DNA of 50,950 bases from an uncultured Methanosarcinales archaeon (GTDB lineage Archaea; Nanobdellota; Nanobdellia; Woesearchaeales; GW2011-AR9): assembly GCA_964464055.1 (NCBI GenBank), contig CAYXEO010000006.1:1293-52242 (forward strand), written 5' to 3'. This document shows, piece after piece, positions 1 through 9,375 of the stretch. The notes below the pieces were generated by a model, which saw only the letters and a program-made list of their open reading frames with translations, had not been told where the DNA came from and ran no database searches. Position 1 is the stretch's first letter; each line of letters opens with the position of its first letter. The position numbers were made by a program, and so were the translations under genes.

Positions 1-300
1 TTATTATTAATTATAATTATTAATATTATTTATTGTACATACATATATATATATTTTCTATATTGAAAATAATAATAATAATAACAATAACAAAAAACTT
101 TCTTTTTCAAAACAATTTAACTTTTCTTTTCAGAATTCTTGATCCAAATATCTTTTTTATTTTTTTTATTTTATCCAAATGATATAATTAATTTAATACT
201 TCTTTATCTTTTATTACTTTTTCTTTATTTTCTTTATATTATTATTAATAATAATATTATTATTATATTTTATTATATTTTATTATGTTATTAAACGCGT
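1..300. repeat. Extremely AT-rich low-complexity non-coding DNA
   Basis: Almost pure A/T with no ORF. Short repeats are visible: ATCCAAAT at 142-149 and 173-180, tandem TATTATATTT about 2.6 copies at 261-286, and AAT/ATT runs near 1-100. Confidence 0.6.
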
Positions 301-488
301 AGGTCTTTCTTATTCTCTCTCATAATAAACAAAAATCAAAAAACTTTTTTCTCAATTATCTTATCTCCATAAGAAATGTAGGGGTCACAGAAAAAATAAG
401 TTTATTTGTTCTTAACATTTTTTTTGTCTCTTTTTATTTTTCTTTACAAAACAAAACATTTATATTAATATCAAGTACTATTATAGGT

Positions 489-1328
489 ATGGTGTTAGAA
501 GCTTTGTTTAATCCGTTCACGGTAAAAAAGAAACCTTGGGAAATGTTCTTAGCAGGTTTTGTATATTCTATAGTAGGATTAATGTTATCCTATATAGTGT
601 TCAGAGAAATTTCCGGCATCTTGACAGTTTTTTTAATTGTGATGGCCACATTACCAATGTTGTATACCACTATTAAGAATGAGGAAGAGTTAGATTTACA
701 TTATCATGGGGAAATGAAACTTTTACAGGAACATTTCAAAGTTATCACTTTCATGATTTTTCTTTTTTTAGGGATCACCACTGCTTTAGCAGGTGCTTAT
801 GTGTTTTTACCAGCTGAGGTTAGTGAGAGCATATTTAGTTTACAGGAACAGGCAATAATCAATGTTAACAATAATGTTCAAGGACAAGTGGCAGGTAGCG
901 GTTTATTAATGAAAATTTTTACTAACAATTTGAAAGTATTATTTTTTTGTTTAGTATTCTCGTTTTTGTATGGGGCAGGGGCAATATTCATTTTAACTTG
1001 GAATGCTTCGGTGGTTGCTACGGCGATGGGTAACTTTTTCAAGTTAGAGTTGGCCAAAGGTGCTTCATTATTAGGTTTTGCTGGTGTAGCAAACTATTTC
1101 ACTGCTGTTTCGTTCAGTTTTTTAAGGTACATGACTCATGGTATATTTGAAATGGTCGCTTATTTTGTTGCTGGGTTAGCAGGAGGGATAATCTCTATTG
1201 CTATGATAAGGCATAACTTAAAAGAAGATCAAGTTTTAGTTGATGCTATAGATTTGATAATAATCAGTTTAGGAATTTTAATAGTGGCAGCGATAGTAGA
1301 AGTTTATGTTACTCCGTTGATTTTTTAA
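489..1328 (+). CDS. Multi-pass membrane protein, SpoIIM/DUF95-like
   Basis: 279-aa ORF with about six hydrophobic segments. The central FTNNLKVLFFCLVFSFLYGAGAIFILTWNASVV resembles the core of the stage II sporulation protein M family (recalled, not searched). Confidence 0.5.
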   Translation: MVLEALFNPFTVKKKPWEMFLAGFVYSIVGLMLSYIVFREISGILTVFLIVMATLPMLYTTIKNEEELDLHYHGEMKLLQEHFKVITFMIFLFLGITTALAGAYVFLPAEVSESIFSLQEQAIINVNNNVQGQVAGSGLLMKIFTNNLKVLFFCLVFSFLYGAGAIFILTWNASVVATAMGNFFKLELAKGASLLGFAGVANYFTAVSFSFLRYMTHGIFEMVAYFVAGLAGGIISIAMIRHNLKEDQVLVDAIDLIIISLGILIVAAIVEVYVTPLIF

Positions 1329-1537
1329 TTCTTATTTTTCTGATAATTTATATTTTTTCCGTACGTAAATAGTTAGATATTCATGTTTTATATGATGTTA
1401 ACAAAAATGTATTTTTTTCCATTTAACAATTTACGTTTTTTATAAAATGTGGGTAAAGTCAGACCTGAAACATATTATCAATGTTGCCAACTATTTACTT
1501 ACTTTTTTCCAAAAGAAATAAAGGTGTTGGGTTGAAT

Positions 1538-2326
1538 CTATAAAACTTTAACCTTCCCTGGTGAGTTTTGGAATATGTCACCATTTTGCATCATTTTATT
1601 AATTAATTTTTCAGTATTTTCATTTTCTAAAGGAGATTGTTTAATAACTTCTTCAATGATCACTCCTTCTCCTTGGTCAAGTACTTTAATTAAATTAAGA
1701 ATTTTTTGAATCGGAAGAAGTTCTTGTTCTTCTTTTTCTTTATCATTAGTTTTAGTGTCTTCTTCTGTCGAGGATATTTCTTTTTTTTTATTTGTAACTG
1801 TTTTTTTAGAAATGTTTTCTTTTTCTACTTCATCAACCTTATTTTTTAGAGTAATTTTGGTTTCTAGTTCAGGATTAGTTTTATTGGTTATTACTTCAAT
1901 TTGAGGTTTAGCAATTTCTTTTTCTTTTTGCATATTTAATTCTAAATAACGTACTTTTAACCATTCAGCAGATGTTTTTTTATATATTTCTGGCGATATA
2001 TATTTTTCATGGTTATATTTTCTCAATTTCCCAATAACTAAAACACTATTACCAATTTCCAGTGTTTCAATTTTAGGATCGTTTTCAAAAAAACGTAACA
2101 AAATATTCTCGGTTCCATCATCAATTAAGAAATTTGTGATTGTTCCTTGTATTTCTTTTTTTAAGATGATCGCTAAGATGTTTACCCTGAATATTTTAAT
2201 CTCGTTTTTTGTTAAAAGATAGTTAGGTGTATCATCTTCTTCAGAGGAAACATATTTACAATTTAAAATATCTTTTATAGACATTTTTATTGCGGTTTGT
2301 CTTGAGAAATTTGTAGGTGGATTCAT
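1538..2326 (-). CDS. OB-fold plus C-terminal winged-helix protein, RPA32/Rpa2-like ssDNA-binding subunit
   Basis: 262 aa. OB-like core FRVNILAIILKKE...FLIDDGTENILLRFF...GNSVLVIGKLRKY, then a K/E-rich linker. The C-terminal wH-like segment is LNLIKVLDQGEGVIIEEVIKQ...INKMMQNGDIFQNSPGKVKVL. It starts 9 nt after the mcm stop on the same strand, so an operon is likely. Confidence 0.5.
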   Translation of the reverse strand: MNPPTNFSRQTAIKMSIKDILNCKYVSSEEDDTPNYLLTKNEIKIFRVNILAIILKKEIQGTITNFLIDDGTENILLRFFENDPKIETLEIGNSVLVIGKLRKYNHEKYISPEIYKKTSAEWLKVRYLELNMQKEKEIAKPQIEVITNKTNPELETKITLKNKVDEVEKENISKKTVTNKKKEISSTEEDTKTNDKEKEEQELLPIQKILNLIKVLDQGEGVIIEEVIKQSPLENENTEKLINKMMQNGDIFQNSPGKVKVL

Positions 2327-2335
2327 TTTGTCAAA

Positions 2336-5300
2336 TCATAGTCTCTGGATAAAGTTTCGTTTTGGCTCATAGATATCGCCTGACCTTCTTAATTTTTTAA
2401 GGGTCTCATCAACTTTATCTTCATCAATATTTTTTTCTTTCGCAGCAGCGATTAATTTTTCTATCGGGATCAATTTTGTACTAAGTTCTTGTTCCAGTTG
2501 GGATACTAATTCTTTAATAATACCAATGATACTTCTTTGCGTAGCAGTGATTTTACTACCAATCCTGTCAATATCAATCCTGCCTGTATCTTTATCTTTA
2601 GCGATTTGGTTCAAACAATAATCTTCCAGTTCGATAGCTTTCAAAGCGTCTTTTTTAATAACTTTTTTACCAAATCTTAATTTCGCGGCAGCTTCTGAAA
2701 GTCGAACAAGTGCTTCCAGTTGCCGAGGCGAAATGGGGATACTTTTAATCCCTGCTTCATCACTTATTCCTGAATTTCGCATGGTAACATAATAATCTTT
2801 AATCTCTTCAATAGCTTCATTAGTCATAATGGGTTTAATTTTCTCTCTAATATACGCGAAATATTTTTTCATCAAAGTTGTATCAATTTCTGAGACTGCT
2901 TTTTTAGGATCTTTGTGCAAACTTAAAATGAACGCAGCAGTTTTTTCATCTTTTTCTCGTTCTGGTAAATCTTTTACTGGGAAAATAAGGTCGAACCGGT
3001 TAATTAATGCAGGTGGCAAATTTATTTGGTTAGCAATCAAATCATGAGGGTCAAACCGACCATATTTAGGGTTTGCAGCTGCTAAAACAGTTGTTTCACA
3101 ACGAAGTGTAGCTTGAATATTTGCTTTGGCGATACTGATTGTCTGCTGTTCCAAAGCTTCGTGTAGTGCGGACCGGTCTTCTCTAGTCATTTTGTCCATC
3201 TCATCAATAATTGCGAACCCTTTATTAGCTAAAACAAGTGTACCTGCTTCCAAACTCCAACCGCCTAAGAATTCATCTTTAACAACACTTGCGGTAAGCC
3301 CTGAACCAGTAGCACCTTTACCACTAGTAAACCTTGCTTTCGGTGCAACTTTTGATAATCGTTTTAGTAACTGACTTTTTCCAGAATTATGACAAACAAT
3401 ACCATTAGCAATGAACCGTTTAGTTTTAGGTACTTCAAAATCGTAAACATCAATAACTCCATGTAATTCTAACAAACTTATTTTTTCGTACCTTTGTGGT
3501 GTTTTCCTTTTTTGTTGGTCATTTTTTTTATTAATCTCTTGTAATGTTTTTTGAATATTTAGTTGCTTTTTAGTTGATTGGAATCCAATTTTTTCTGCGA
3601 AAATTTTCATATCACGACTTCTTCTTATTGCCAAGTTATCTTCCACAATCCGTGATTGAATTCCGTAGTACAATAAGAGTAATTGGACATCTTTGAGAAG
3701 TTTTGGATTTACTGATTTTAGTTGAATAGAAGTTTTTCCTCGTCCGGTACTAAAAGTGCACCTATCAGCTTCAAATAACCAACTCAGGAAAGAACTTATC
3801 ACTTCTAATGGACTTTCAAAAATTATTTGTGGTACTCTTTTTTCTGCCAAGTGTTTAAGATTCTGGGCAACTTGTTTACTATTAGATTCCAAAATGTAAA
3901 GTGGCATTAGGGAAGTGAACTTTCTCGTTTTACCATTTTTATCAATAATAGTTTTTGTTTGTGGGTTTAAGTGGTTTTTTTTTGTTAATAGTGCTGGTTT
4001 GATATTAAAAGTGTTTTTCCAGAGCAAATTTAGTTTTTCAATAAGATCTTTTTCTTCTTCATTAACATAACATGTAACCCTGTATCCTTTTGAGTGAATG
4101 TTTCCATCACCGATAATATACCCGTATAACCCTGCCAATTCTGGAGTGACTAATTTAGGCATTTTAATATTTTTTTTGAGCGCTTTCCCAAGTAAACTAG
4201 TTTTTCTGATTTTTTTATAATTAGTTTTTTTAAGGGTTTTAATGTAATTAGGTATTTTTGGCATAACTCTGATTTGTTCTCCTTCTGCAAGTTCGTCCAT
4301 TCTTTTCCAACCAGATTTGGTTAACAATGGTTGGTTAAATGTTCCAATTATTTCTTTACCTGTTTCAGTGACCAATTTAAGTGTTGGTTGATTTTTATAT
4401 ATTTGGAAATTAGAAGTATAGTCGTAAGGTAGTTCTTTTGGATTTTTTCTTATTTGAGTTACACATTCTCTTAAAGGTTGCAAGTGTTTTTTTCCTAAGG
4501 TGATAATAGGTTTCATGCCTTTGTGGTACAAAGAAACTTGTGAATCTCCGGCGATACAACCAGGGTCACCAATTAAAAGCATATGCATATCTCCTCTGGT
4601 GATAACTCCATCGGGTCGAACTTTCTTCACTCCACCAGCAAGTTGTAGGACCAATGCTTCTTTAATTTTATCATGTCCATAAATTGAAGGTGCCAAACTT
4701 CTTGCTAATCTAGCAATAGGATTTTCTGAATGCGCAATTTCTTTCATTTCTTCCATTTCTTCATCAGAAATATCCATGGCAATAGTTTCATCTTTTGTTG
4801 GTTCAATATAATTAGATTCTACAATAAGGTCATATTTGGTAGCTTGACCACCAGTTCTCAGGGCGATAGGTACTTCTGTAACCCACCCATAAACTTTTAC
4901 CCTTGAACCTGGACTTGTTTTTCTTTCCGAGATTGGCGAAACTAGATCGTCTTTCAAAAAAACGTTAATTCTTTTCGGTTGGGCACCGTCAAGTTCATCA
5001 GGCGCTTCTTCTAAAACTAATCCTTGCCCGTCAACAAGTTCTTTTGACAATTCTTTAAATTTACCTTTTCGGCCACAACCACATTTTGTTGGTTCTTTAT
5101 ATTGTTTATCAAGTTGGATAACGTTAAGAACATTACCACAAGCAGGGCATTCAAATTTTGCTGCTGTGATGTGTGGACGGACATCAGATTTTTGCCTAAC
5201 AATACCTTCTGTCCAGATAAATTTTTCAAGATGTTTACTACGGACTTCACTGATAAGGATTTTTTGTGAGTTCGGTAAATTATTAAATCTGACATGAAAT

Positions 5301-5530
5301 TTTGATACTTTTTTTGGTAAATCAAAATCTTTAATGGCCAATTCTGCCGCCTTAAGTAGTTCTTCTGGTTCTTCCAAAATGTCTTCAGTAATTTCTGTGT
5401 TGAATTTGATTAATTCTGAGAAATCCATGATTAAATGAGAGTTACCTTTCCGAACAGTTTCTAGTAATTCTGCGTAATAGTTCTTTTCAATGAATTCTTG
5501 AAATACCCTTATTTGTTGTTCGACTTCCAT
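2336..5530 (-). CDS. mcm: MCM replicative helicase precursor carrying one intein (extein 673 aa, intein 391 aa)
   Basis: N-terminal C4 zinc motif CPACG...CGCG. Walker A is split as GDPG / intein / SGKSQLLK. Walker B is AIIDEMDKM...HEALEQQTISIAKANI and the arginine-finger region is NRFDLIFPV. A C-terminal wH-like tail is present. Confidence 0.95.
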   Translation of the reverse strand: MEVEQQIRVFQEFIEKNYYAELLETVRKGNSHLIMDFSELIKFNTEITEDILEEPEELLKAAELAIKDFDLPKKVSKFHVRFNNLPNSQKILISEVRSKHLEKFIWTEGIVRQKSDVRPHITAAKFECPACGNVLNVIQLDKQYKEPTKCGCGRKGKFKELSKELVDGQGLVLEEAPDELDGAQPKRINVFLKDDLVSPISERKTSPGSRVKVYGWVTEVPIALRTGGQATKYDLIVESNYIEPTKDETIAMDISDEEMEEMKEIAHSENPIARLARSLAPSIYGHDKIKEALVLQLAGGVKKVRPDGVITRGDMHMLLIGDPGCIAGDSQVSLYHKGMKPIITLGKKHLQPLRECVTQIRKNPKELPYDYTSNFQIYKNQPTLKLVTETGKEIIGTFNQPLLTKSGWKRMDELAEGEQIRVMPKIPNYIKTLKKTNYKKIRKTSLLGKALKKNIKMPKLVTPELAGLYGYIIGDGNIHSKGYRVTCYVNEEEKDLIEKLNLLWKNTFNIKPALLTKKNHLNPQTKTIIDKNGKTRKFTSLMPLYILESNSKQVAQNLKHLAEKRVPQIIFESPLEVISSFLSWLFEADRCTFSTGRGKTSIQLKSVNPKLLKDVQLLLLYYGIQSRIVEDNLAIRRSRDMKIFAEKIGFQSTKKQLNIQKTLQEINKKNDQQKRKTPQRYEKISLLELHGVIDVYDFEVPKTKRFIANGIVCHNSGKSQLLKRLSKVAPKARFTSGKGATGSGLTASVVKDEFLGGWSLEAGTLVLANKGFAIIDEMDKMTREDRSALHEALEQQTISIAKANIQATLRCETTVLAAANPKYGRFDPHDLIANQINLPPALINRFDLIFPVKDLPEREKDEKTAAFILSLHKDPKKAVSEIDTTLMKKYFAYIREKIKPIMTNEAIEEIKDYYVTMRNSGISDEAGIKSIPISPRQLEALVRLSEAAAKLRFGKKVIKKDALKAIELEDYCLNQIAKDKDTGRIDIDRIGSKITATQRSIIGIIKELVSQLEQELSTKLIPIEKLIAAAKEKNIDEDKVDETLKKLRRSGDIYEPKRNFIQRL
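3386..4558 (-). mobile_element. Intein with LAGLIDADG homing-endonuclease domain inserted in the MCM P-loop
   Basis: Starts at Cys325 (CIAGDSQV, codon 4558-4556) and ends at His-Asn715 (IANGIVCHN, Asn codon 3388-3386), followed by Ser +1. LAGLIDADG motifs are LAGLYGYIIGDGN and FLSWLFEADRC. The block F/G-like segment is VYDFEVPKTKRFIANGIVCHN. Confidence 0.9.
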
Positions 5531-5780
5531 TTGTTTTTTTAGTATATAAGATTTAAATTATTAATCATCTAACGATGTTTTTGGCGATCATACACAAAGG
5601 TATTTTGATGATAGTTTATATATCTTTTTTTCTTACATCATTTAGACTACTAACTAGATTATGTAATTGTATATATTTTAGCAAAATAAGAAATTTAAAT
5701 TATTATATTTTTTAGAAAATAGAGTTTACAGACATTATAATTTTTTAAAAAAATAAAAAGAAGAAAATAAGAAATTAGAA

Positions 5781-6386
5781 TTATTTCTTTTTGTTAATAA
5801 GTTTCTCTAAATTTACAATTAGTTGATCTGTCGCTTCATTTACTTGTGCTTCTGTTTTTGTCCCAGTACAAACAATTTTCCCATTACTAAACAAAAGGAA
5901 TGTTGCATTTGTACCTTTTAATTTATGTACCAAACCAGGGAATTGTTCAGGTTCATATTCTGTGTTAGGTAATTGTATCCCTAATACATTTAGGTTTAAA
6001 GCCATTCCGATACTTCCACTTGCCACAATATTTTGGACAGTGATTTCTGGTTTAACAGTAACTGTAATGTTTAATTTTTTTAAACTTTTAATAATACTTT
6101 TGATACTTAAATCAACATCACTTAAAGTTCTTGCTCCTGTACAAACAATTTTACCACTAGAGAAAATTAAAGCACTTGTTTTTGGTTCTTTAATTCTTAA
6201 AACCAAACCAGGGAATTGTTCAGGATTATATTCTGTATTTGGTAAAGTAGCAGCCATTTTTTCTAAGGGAATATCTTTCTTTAAATCAGAAGAAACAACA
6301 ATATTAACGATGGTGATTTCTTTTTTTCCTTTTTGTATTTTGGGGATTTTAGTTTTTACAACTTTAGTATTTTTTGTTTTTGCCAT
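5781..6386 (-). CDS. tbp: TATA-box binding protein
   Basis: 201 aa with two direct repeats. These are NIVVSSDL...EYNPEQFPGLVLRIKEPKTSALIFSSGKIVCTGA and NIVASGSI...EYEPEQFPGLVHKLKGTNATFLLFSNGKIVCTGT. Confidence 0.95.
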   Translation of the reverse strand: MAKTKNTKVVKTKIPKIQKGKKEITIVNIVVSSDLKKDIPLEKMAATLPNTEYNPEQFPGLVLRIKEPKTSALIFSSGKIVCTGARTLSDVDLSIKSIIKSLKKLNITVTVKPEITVQNIVASGSIGMALNLNVLGIQLPNTEYEPEQFPGLVHKLKGTNATFLLFSNGKIVCTGTKTEAQVNEATDQLIVNLEKLINKKK

Positions 6387-6567
6387 TTTTAGTATATTTA
6401 TAGTTCCACCTCTGTTTTTATTTATAAGGGCACCAACTAGTATTTAAACATTCCTTTTATAAACAGATGTTTTTTAGAAAAGCATATATTCTCTATTTTG
6501 AATGATTTTGGAGTTATTTAGTGATTTTGAGTAATTTTTGTTTGTTTTTTAGTTTTTGACACATACA

Positions 6568-6576
6568 TTTTTAAAA
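6568..6576 (+). promoter_or_regulatory. Candidate TATA box for the ThiI-like gene
   Basis: TTTTTAAAA sits about 27 nt upstream of ATG 6599. The same geometry recurs upstream of several genes in the window and is compatible with leaderless or short-leader archaeal mRNAs. Confidence 0.3.
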
Positions 6577-6598
6577 TTGGCTTATGATGTAGTAAAAT

Positions 6599-7510
6599 AT
6601 GGACCATACACACCTTTTATTACGGCCGGGAGAGATTTTTTTGAAAGGAAAAAATCAGCGAATTTTTGAGAATAAATTAGTTAGTAATATCCAGAAAATC
6701 ACCGGGAATGAGGTTCAAAGGTTACGATTTCGTTTTTTATTAGATTATTTTCCTGAACATCGAACAGTTAAGCAAGTGTTTGGGTTGACCTCATACTCTT
6801 GTGCGGTAAAAATTGAACGTGACAAAGATGTTGAGCGGGTGTTAGAACAAATTAAGAAAGTTGCAAATGAATTAGTAGCAGATAAATTAAGCACTTTTGA
6901 TACCAGTTCTTCCGATTCCAATTCTCAAGTCAAGTTCAAAGTTGAAACCAAACGATCTGACAAAAGTTTTTCCATCAAATCTCCGGAACTTAACCAGAAA
7001 ATAGGGATTCATTTACAACAATCACACCCAGAACTAGAATTGTCTTTCAAAGCCCCAGAGTTTTTGTTAAATGTGGAAATTAATACTAATGGGATTTACA
7101 TTTTCACTGGTGTAGTAACTTGCCATGGTGGGTTACCAACAGGAGTGGAAGGTAAAGTTGTTTTGTTAATTGATAATAGTTCGAAATCAAGTTTTGATGC
7201 TAGTATCTTAGCGGGGTTAATGTTCATGAAACGTGGTAGCGATGTAGCACCAGTTATTGTTGGCGCAGAAGGGAGTAATATTGACATTTCTTTATTACAA
7301 AATTATTCGCCGGCGAAATTAGAGTTACAAGTTGTATCTTCTGTTACTGATGTTGCCAAGTTATCGGGGTTCGCAGTTGTCTCTGGGCAAAATTATGATA
7401 ATTATCAAGAGTTAGATGTTGTTGGTGATAGTGATAAATTATTGTTCCGTCCGTTGATTGCTTTTTCTGATGTTGAAATAAAAAAAGAATTAAAAAAGTT
7501 TGTTAATTAA
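6599..7510 (+). CDS. ThiI-like THUMP-domain protein with degenerate PP-loop
   Basis: 303 aa. The N-terminus LLLRPGEIFLKGKNQRIFENKL matches the ThiI start (Y-G-E-I-x-L-K-G-x-N-R). GGLPTGVEGKVVLLIDNSSKSSFDASILAGLMFMKRG aligns to the ThiI GLP-x-G...L-L-SGGIDS region, but SGGxDS is replaced by DNSSKS. The C-terminal LFRPLIAFSDVEIKK is ThiI-like. Confidence 0.6.
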   Translation: MDHTHLLLRPGEIFLKGKNQRIFENKLVSNIQKITGNEVQRLRFRFLLDYFPEHRTVKQVFGLTSYSCAVKIERDKDVERVLEQIKKVANELVADKLSTFDTSSSDSNSQVKFKVETKRSDKSFSIKSPELNQKIGIHLQQSHPELELSFKAPEFLLNVEINTNGIYIFTGVVTCHGGLPTGVEGKVVLLIDNSSKSSFDASILAGLMFMKRGSDVAPVIVGAEGSNIDISLLQNYSPAKLELQVVSSVTDVAKLSGFAVVSGQNYDNYQELDVVGDSDKLLFRPLIAFSDVEIKKELKKFVN

Positions 7511-7536
7511 AAAAGAGTAGTTTATTTTTTAGGCAC

Positions 7537-8553
7537 TTATTTTTCAAGTATATCTTTTTGTAATTCGCACGCCTTACAGACTTTATTATTAGCAGGTTCA
7601 CCGCACTTTTCACATTTTTGAATTTCGCCAATTTCAGTTTTAGCTTTCTCTTTCAGAAGCGGTAAGATGCTCAGGAATGATTTAACTATACCATGTTTTG
7701 TTCCTGGGTACTTGTTTTCAAATTCGTTCAACATTTTTTTAATTTGTGATCTGTACCCTTCCTGTGAATAAAGGCAATCGCAGAAATCTAATTCCCAACC
7801 TTTAACTTTACAATACATTTCAACTTCGTCATTGGTACAAAAGTAAAGTGGTTTAATTCTTCTCACGAAATGTGAATGGTCTTGTCTCCCGCTGATAGGG
7901 CCCAGATTCGCGGTCAAAGCAATGTTTGCTTTGAATTGGTTCATCATGATCGCTTGTGCTTCATCGTCCATGTTATGCCCAGTGGCCAACCTTTTTGCGC
8001 CGTTTAGCCGAGCATATTTATTTAGTAAGTATCTTCGCCAAATGCCACAGACCATGCAAGGTTTCCTTCCCAATTTTCTAATTTTTTCTGCTGATTCGTC
8101 AATGTTAGTTTGAAAATTTTCTTTAACATTAGCTCTGATAAGTGTAATATTTTCATCTTGACAAAATTTGTCCAAATTTTTTAACGATTCGTTCCGGTGC
8201 AGTTCGATACCTTCATCAATAACAAGTGCGAAAAGATTTTCTAAAGGAATATCATGTTTAAGAAAATATTTTTTTACTAAGTATAATACCGCGGTAGAAT
8301 CTTTCCCACCACTAGCAGCGACACAGAGTTTCTCGTTCCGGTTGATGAGTTTATATTTTTTAATCGTTTTAAGAACTTTTTTTTCGAAGTACTGGATAAA
8401 TTCTGCTGGGGAAAGTGTCCCATGTTGAAGCGTGATTGTAGTTATTGGTGTTTCTTCTGTTTCTTCTGTAACTAGTGTAGTGCCTTGTTTTGTTATTGAT
8501 TTTGTATTATCTTGTGTTTTATTTGTACATTTATTACTATTATCGCATCCCAT
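7537..8553 (-). CDS. PP-loop ATP pyrophosphatase, TtuA/NcsA (TtcA-family) tRNA 2-thiolation enzyme
   Basis: 338 aa. PP-loop is CVAASGGKDSTAV. Fe-S/zinc cysteines appear in CMVCGIWRR and FCDCLYS, and GHNMDDEAQ is present. The C-terminal zinc ribbon is CEKCGEPANNKVCKACE. Confidence 0.75.
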   Translation of the reverse strand: MGCDNSNKCTNKTQDNTKSITKQGTTLVTEETEETPITTITLQHGTLSPAEFIQYFEKKVLKTIKKYKLINRNEKLCVAASGGKDSTAVLYLVKKYFLKHDIPLENLFALVIDEGIELHRNESLKNLDKFCQDENITLIRANVKENFQTNIDESAEKIRKLGRKPCMVCGIWRRYLLNKYARLNGAKRLATGHNMDDEAQAIMMNQFKANIALTANLGPISGRQDHSHFVRRIKPLYFCTNDEVEMYCKVKGWELDFCDCLYSQEGYRSQIKKMLNEFENKYPGTKHGIVKSFLSILPLLKEKAKTEIGEIQKCEKCGEPANNKVCKACELQKDILEK

Positions 8554-8700
8554 TTTAATTTCTCCCTCCCGTCTCCTAATAAGCCAGAAGTTTAATTGTC
8601 ATTTTTGTTGTGTTTTATATATAAGTTTTGGGCAGAAATTGTGTTTTTTTGTTTGTTTTGGTATTTTTTTAACATCATTAACGAAAAGTTTTTAAACAGG

Positions 8701-8740
8701 TGTCCAATTTATTAAACACGTGTTCAATTTATTAAACGAA
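8701..8740 (+). promoter_or_regulatory. Tandem 20-bp direct repeat directly upstream of the wHTH-nucleotidyltransferase gene (candidate operator)
   Basis: TGTCCAATTTATTAAACACG is followed by TGTTCAATTTATTAAACGAA. The 13-nt core CAATTTATTAAAC is perfect in both copies. The repeat ends at ATG 8741. Confidence 0.4.
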
Positions 8741-9241
8741 ATGAATTCTTTTTTTAAAGAACCAAATCGAGAAGTGAATGTAAGAGAATTTGCACGAATG
8801 TTAAAGATTTCTCCAGCTACCGCTAGTAAGAATTTAAAACTAATGACAAAAAAAGGTTTGTTAATTGAACGGAAAGAAAGAAATCTGATCCTTTACAAAG
8901 CAAATTTAGATAATGATGCCTATTTAGATTTAAAAATATATTATAATATTCGTAAAATCAAAGAAAGTGGTTTGTTAAGAGGTTTGAATGATTATTATCT
9001 TAAACCAACAATAGTATTGTTTGGTTCTTGTGCTTACGGTTTAGATACTGAAATAAGTGATATTGATTTGTTAATAATTTCTGAAAAAACAAGTATTGTC
9101 GAATTAAAAAAGTATGAACGTAAATTAAAGAGTAAGGTTCAGTTGTTTGTAGTTAAAAAAATAAAAGATTTACAAAATGAACATTTGATGAACAACATAA
9201 TGAACGGGATAATAATTCAAGGTAGGGTTAAATGGATTTAG
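8741..9241 (+). CDS. wHTH plus minimal nucleotidyltransferase (MNT) domain protein
   Basis: The track ORF begins at GTG 8720, but ATG 8741 is preferred because the tandem repeat occupies 8701-8740. HTH-like segment is REFARMLKISPATASKNLKLMTKKGLLIERKE. NTase motif is LFGSCAYGLDTEISDIDLLII. Confidence 0.65.
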   Translation: MNSFFKEPNREVNVREFARMLKISPATASKNLKLMTKKGLLIERKERNLILYKANLDNDAYLDLKIYYNIRKIKESGLLRGLNDYYLKPTIVLFGSCAYGLDTEISDIDLLIISEKTSIVELKKYERKLKSKVQLFVVKKIKDLQNEHLMNNIMNGIIIQGRVKWI

Positions 9242-9375
9242 ATGATTGTTTTAGGAAAGGGATGATTAAAAAAACTTGAAAGCGAGGTGTTTGATTTACA
9301 CAAGGACAAGAATTAATAGCAAAGATTTTTATTGTTAAAGAAAAAATAAGTAAAAAAATAGCGAGTAATTAAAAC

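Noticed and set aside
2829-5325. Track ORFs 2829-3047, 3126-3374, 4500-4682 (+) and 5017-5325 (-, other frame) inside mcm
   Set aside because: They are antisense or out of frame relative to a strongly supported MCM/intein coding sequence. Their composition is low-complexity and they carry no motifs.
5962-6447. 161-aa + strand ORF overlapping tbp
   Set aside because: It is entirely antisense to the TBP gene. It reads as hydrophobic nonsense typical of the complement of an AT-rich CDS.
7922-8695. ORFs 7922-8113, 8168-8428 and 8432-8695 (+)
   Set aside because: They are antisense to the TtuA/NcsA-type gene or run through its promoter. No motifs were seen.
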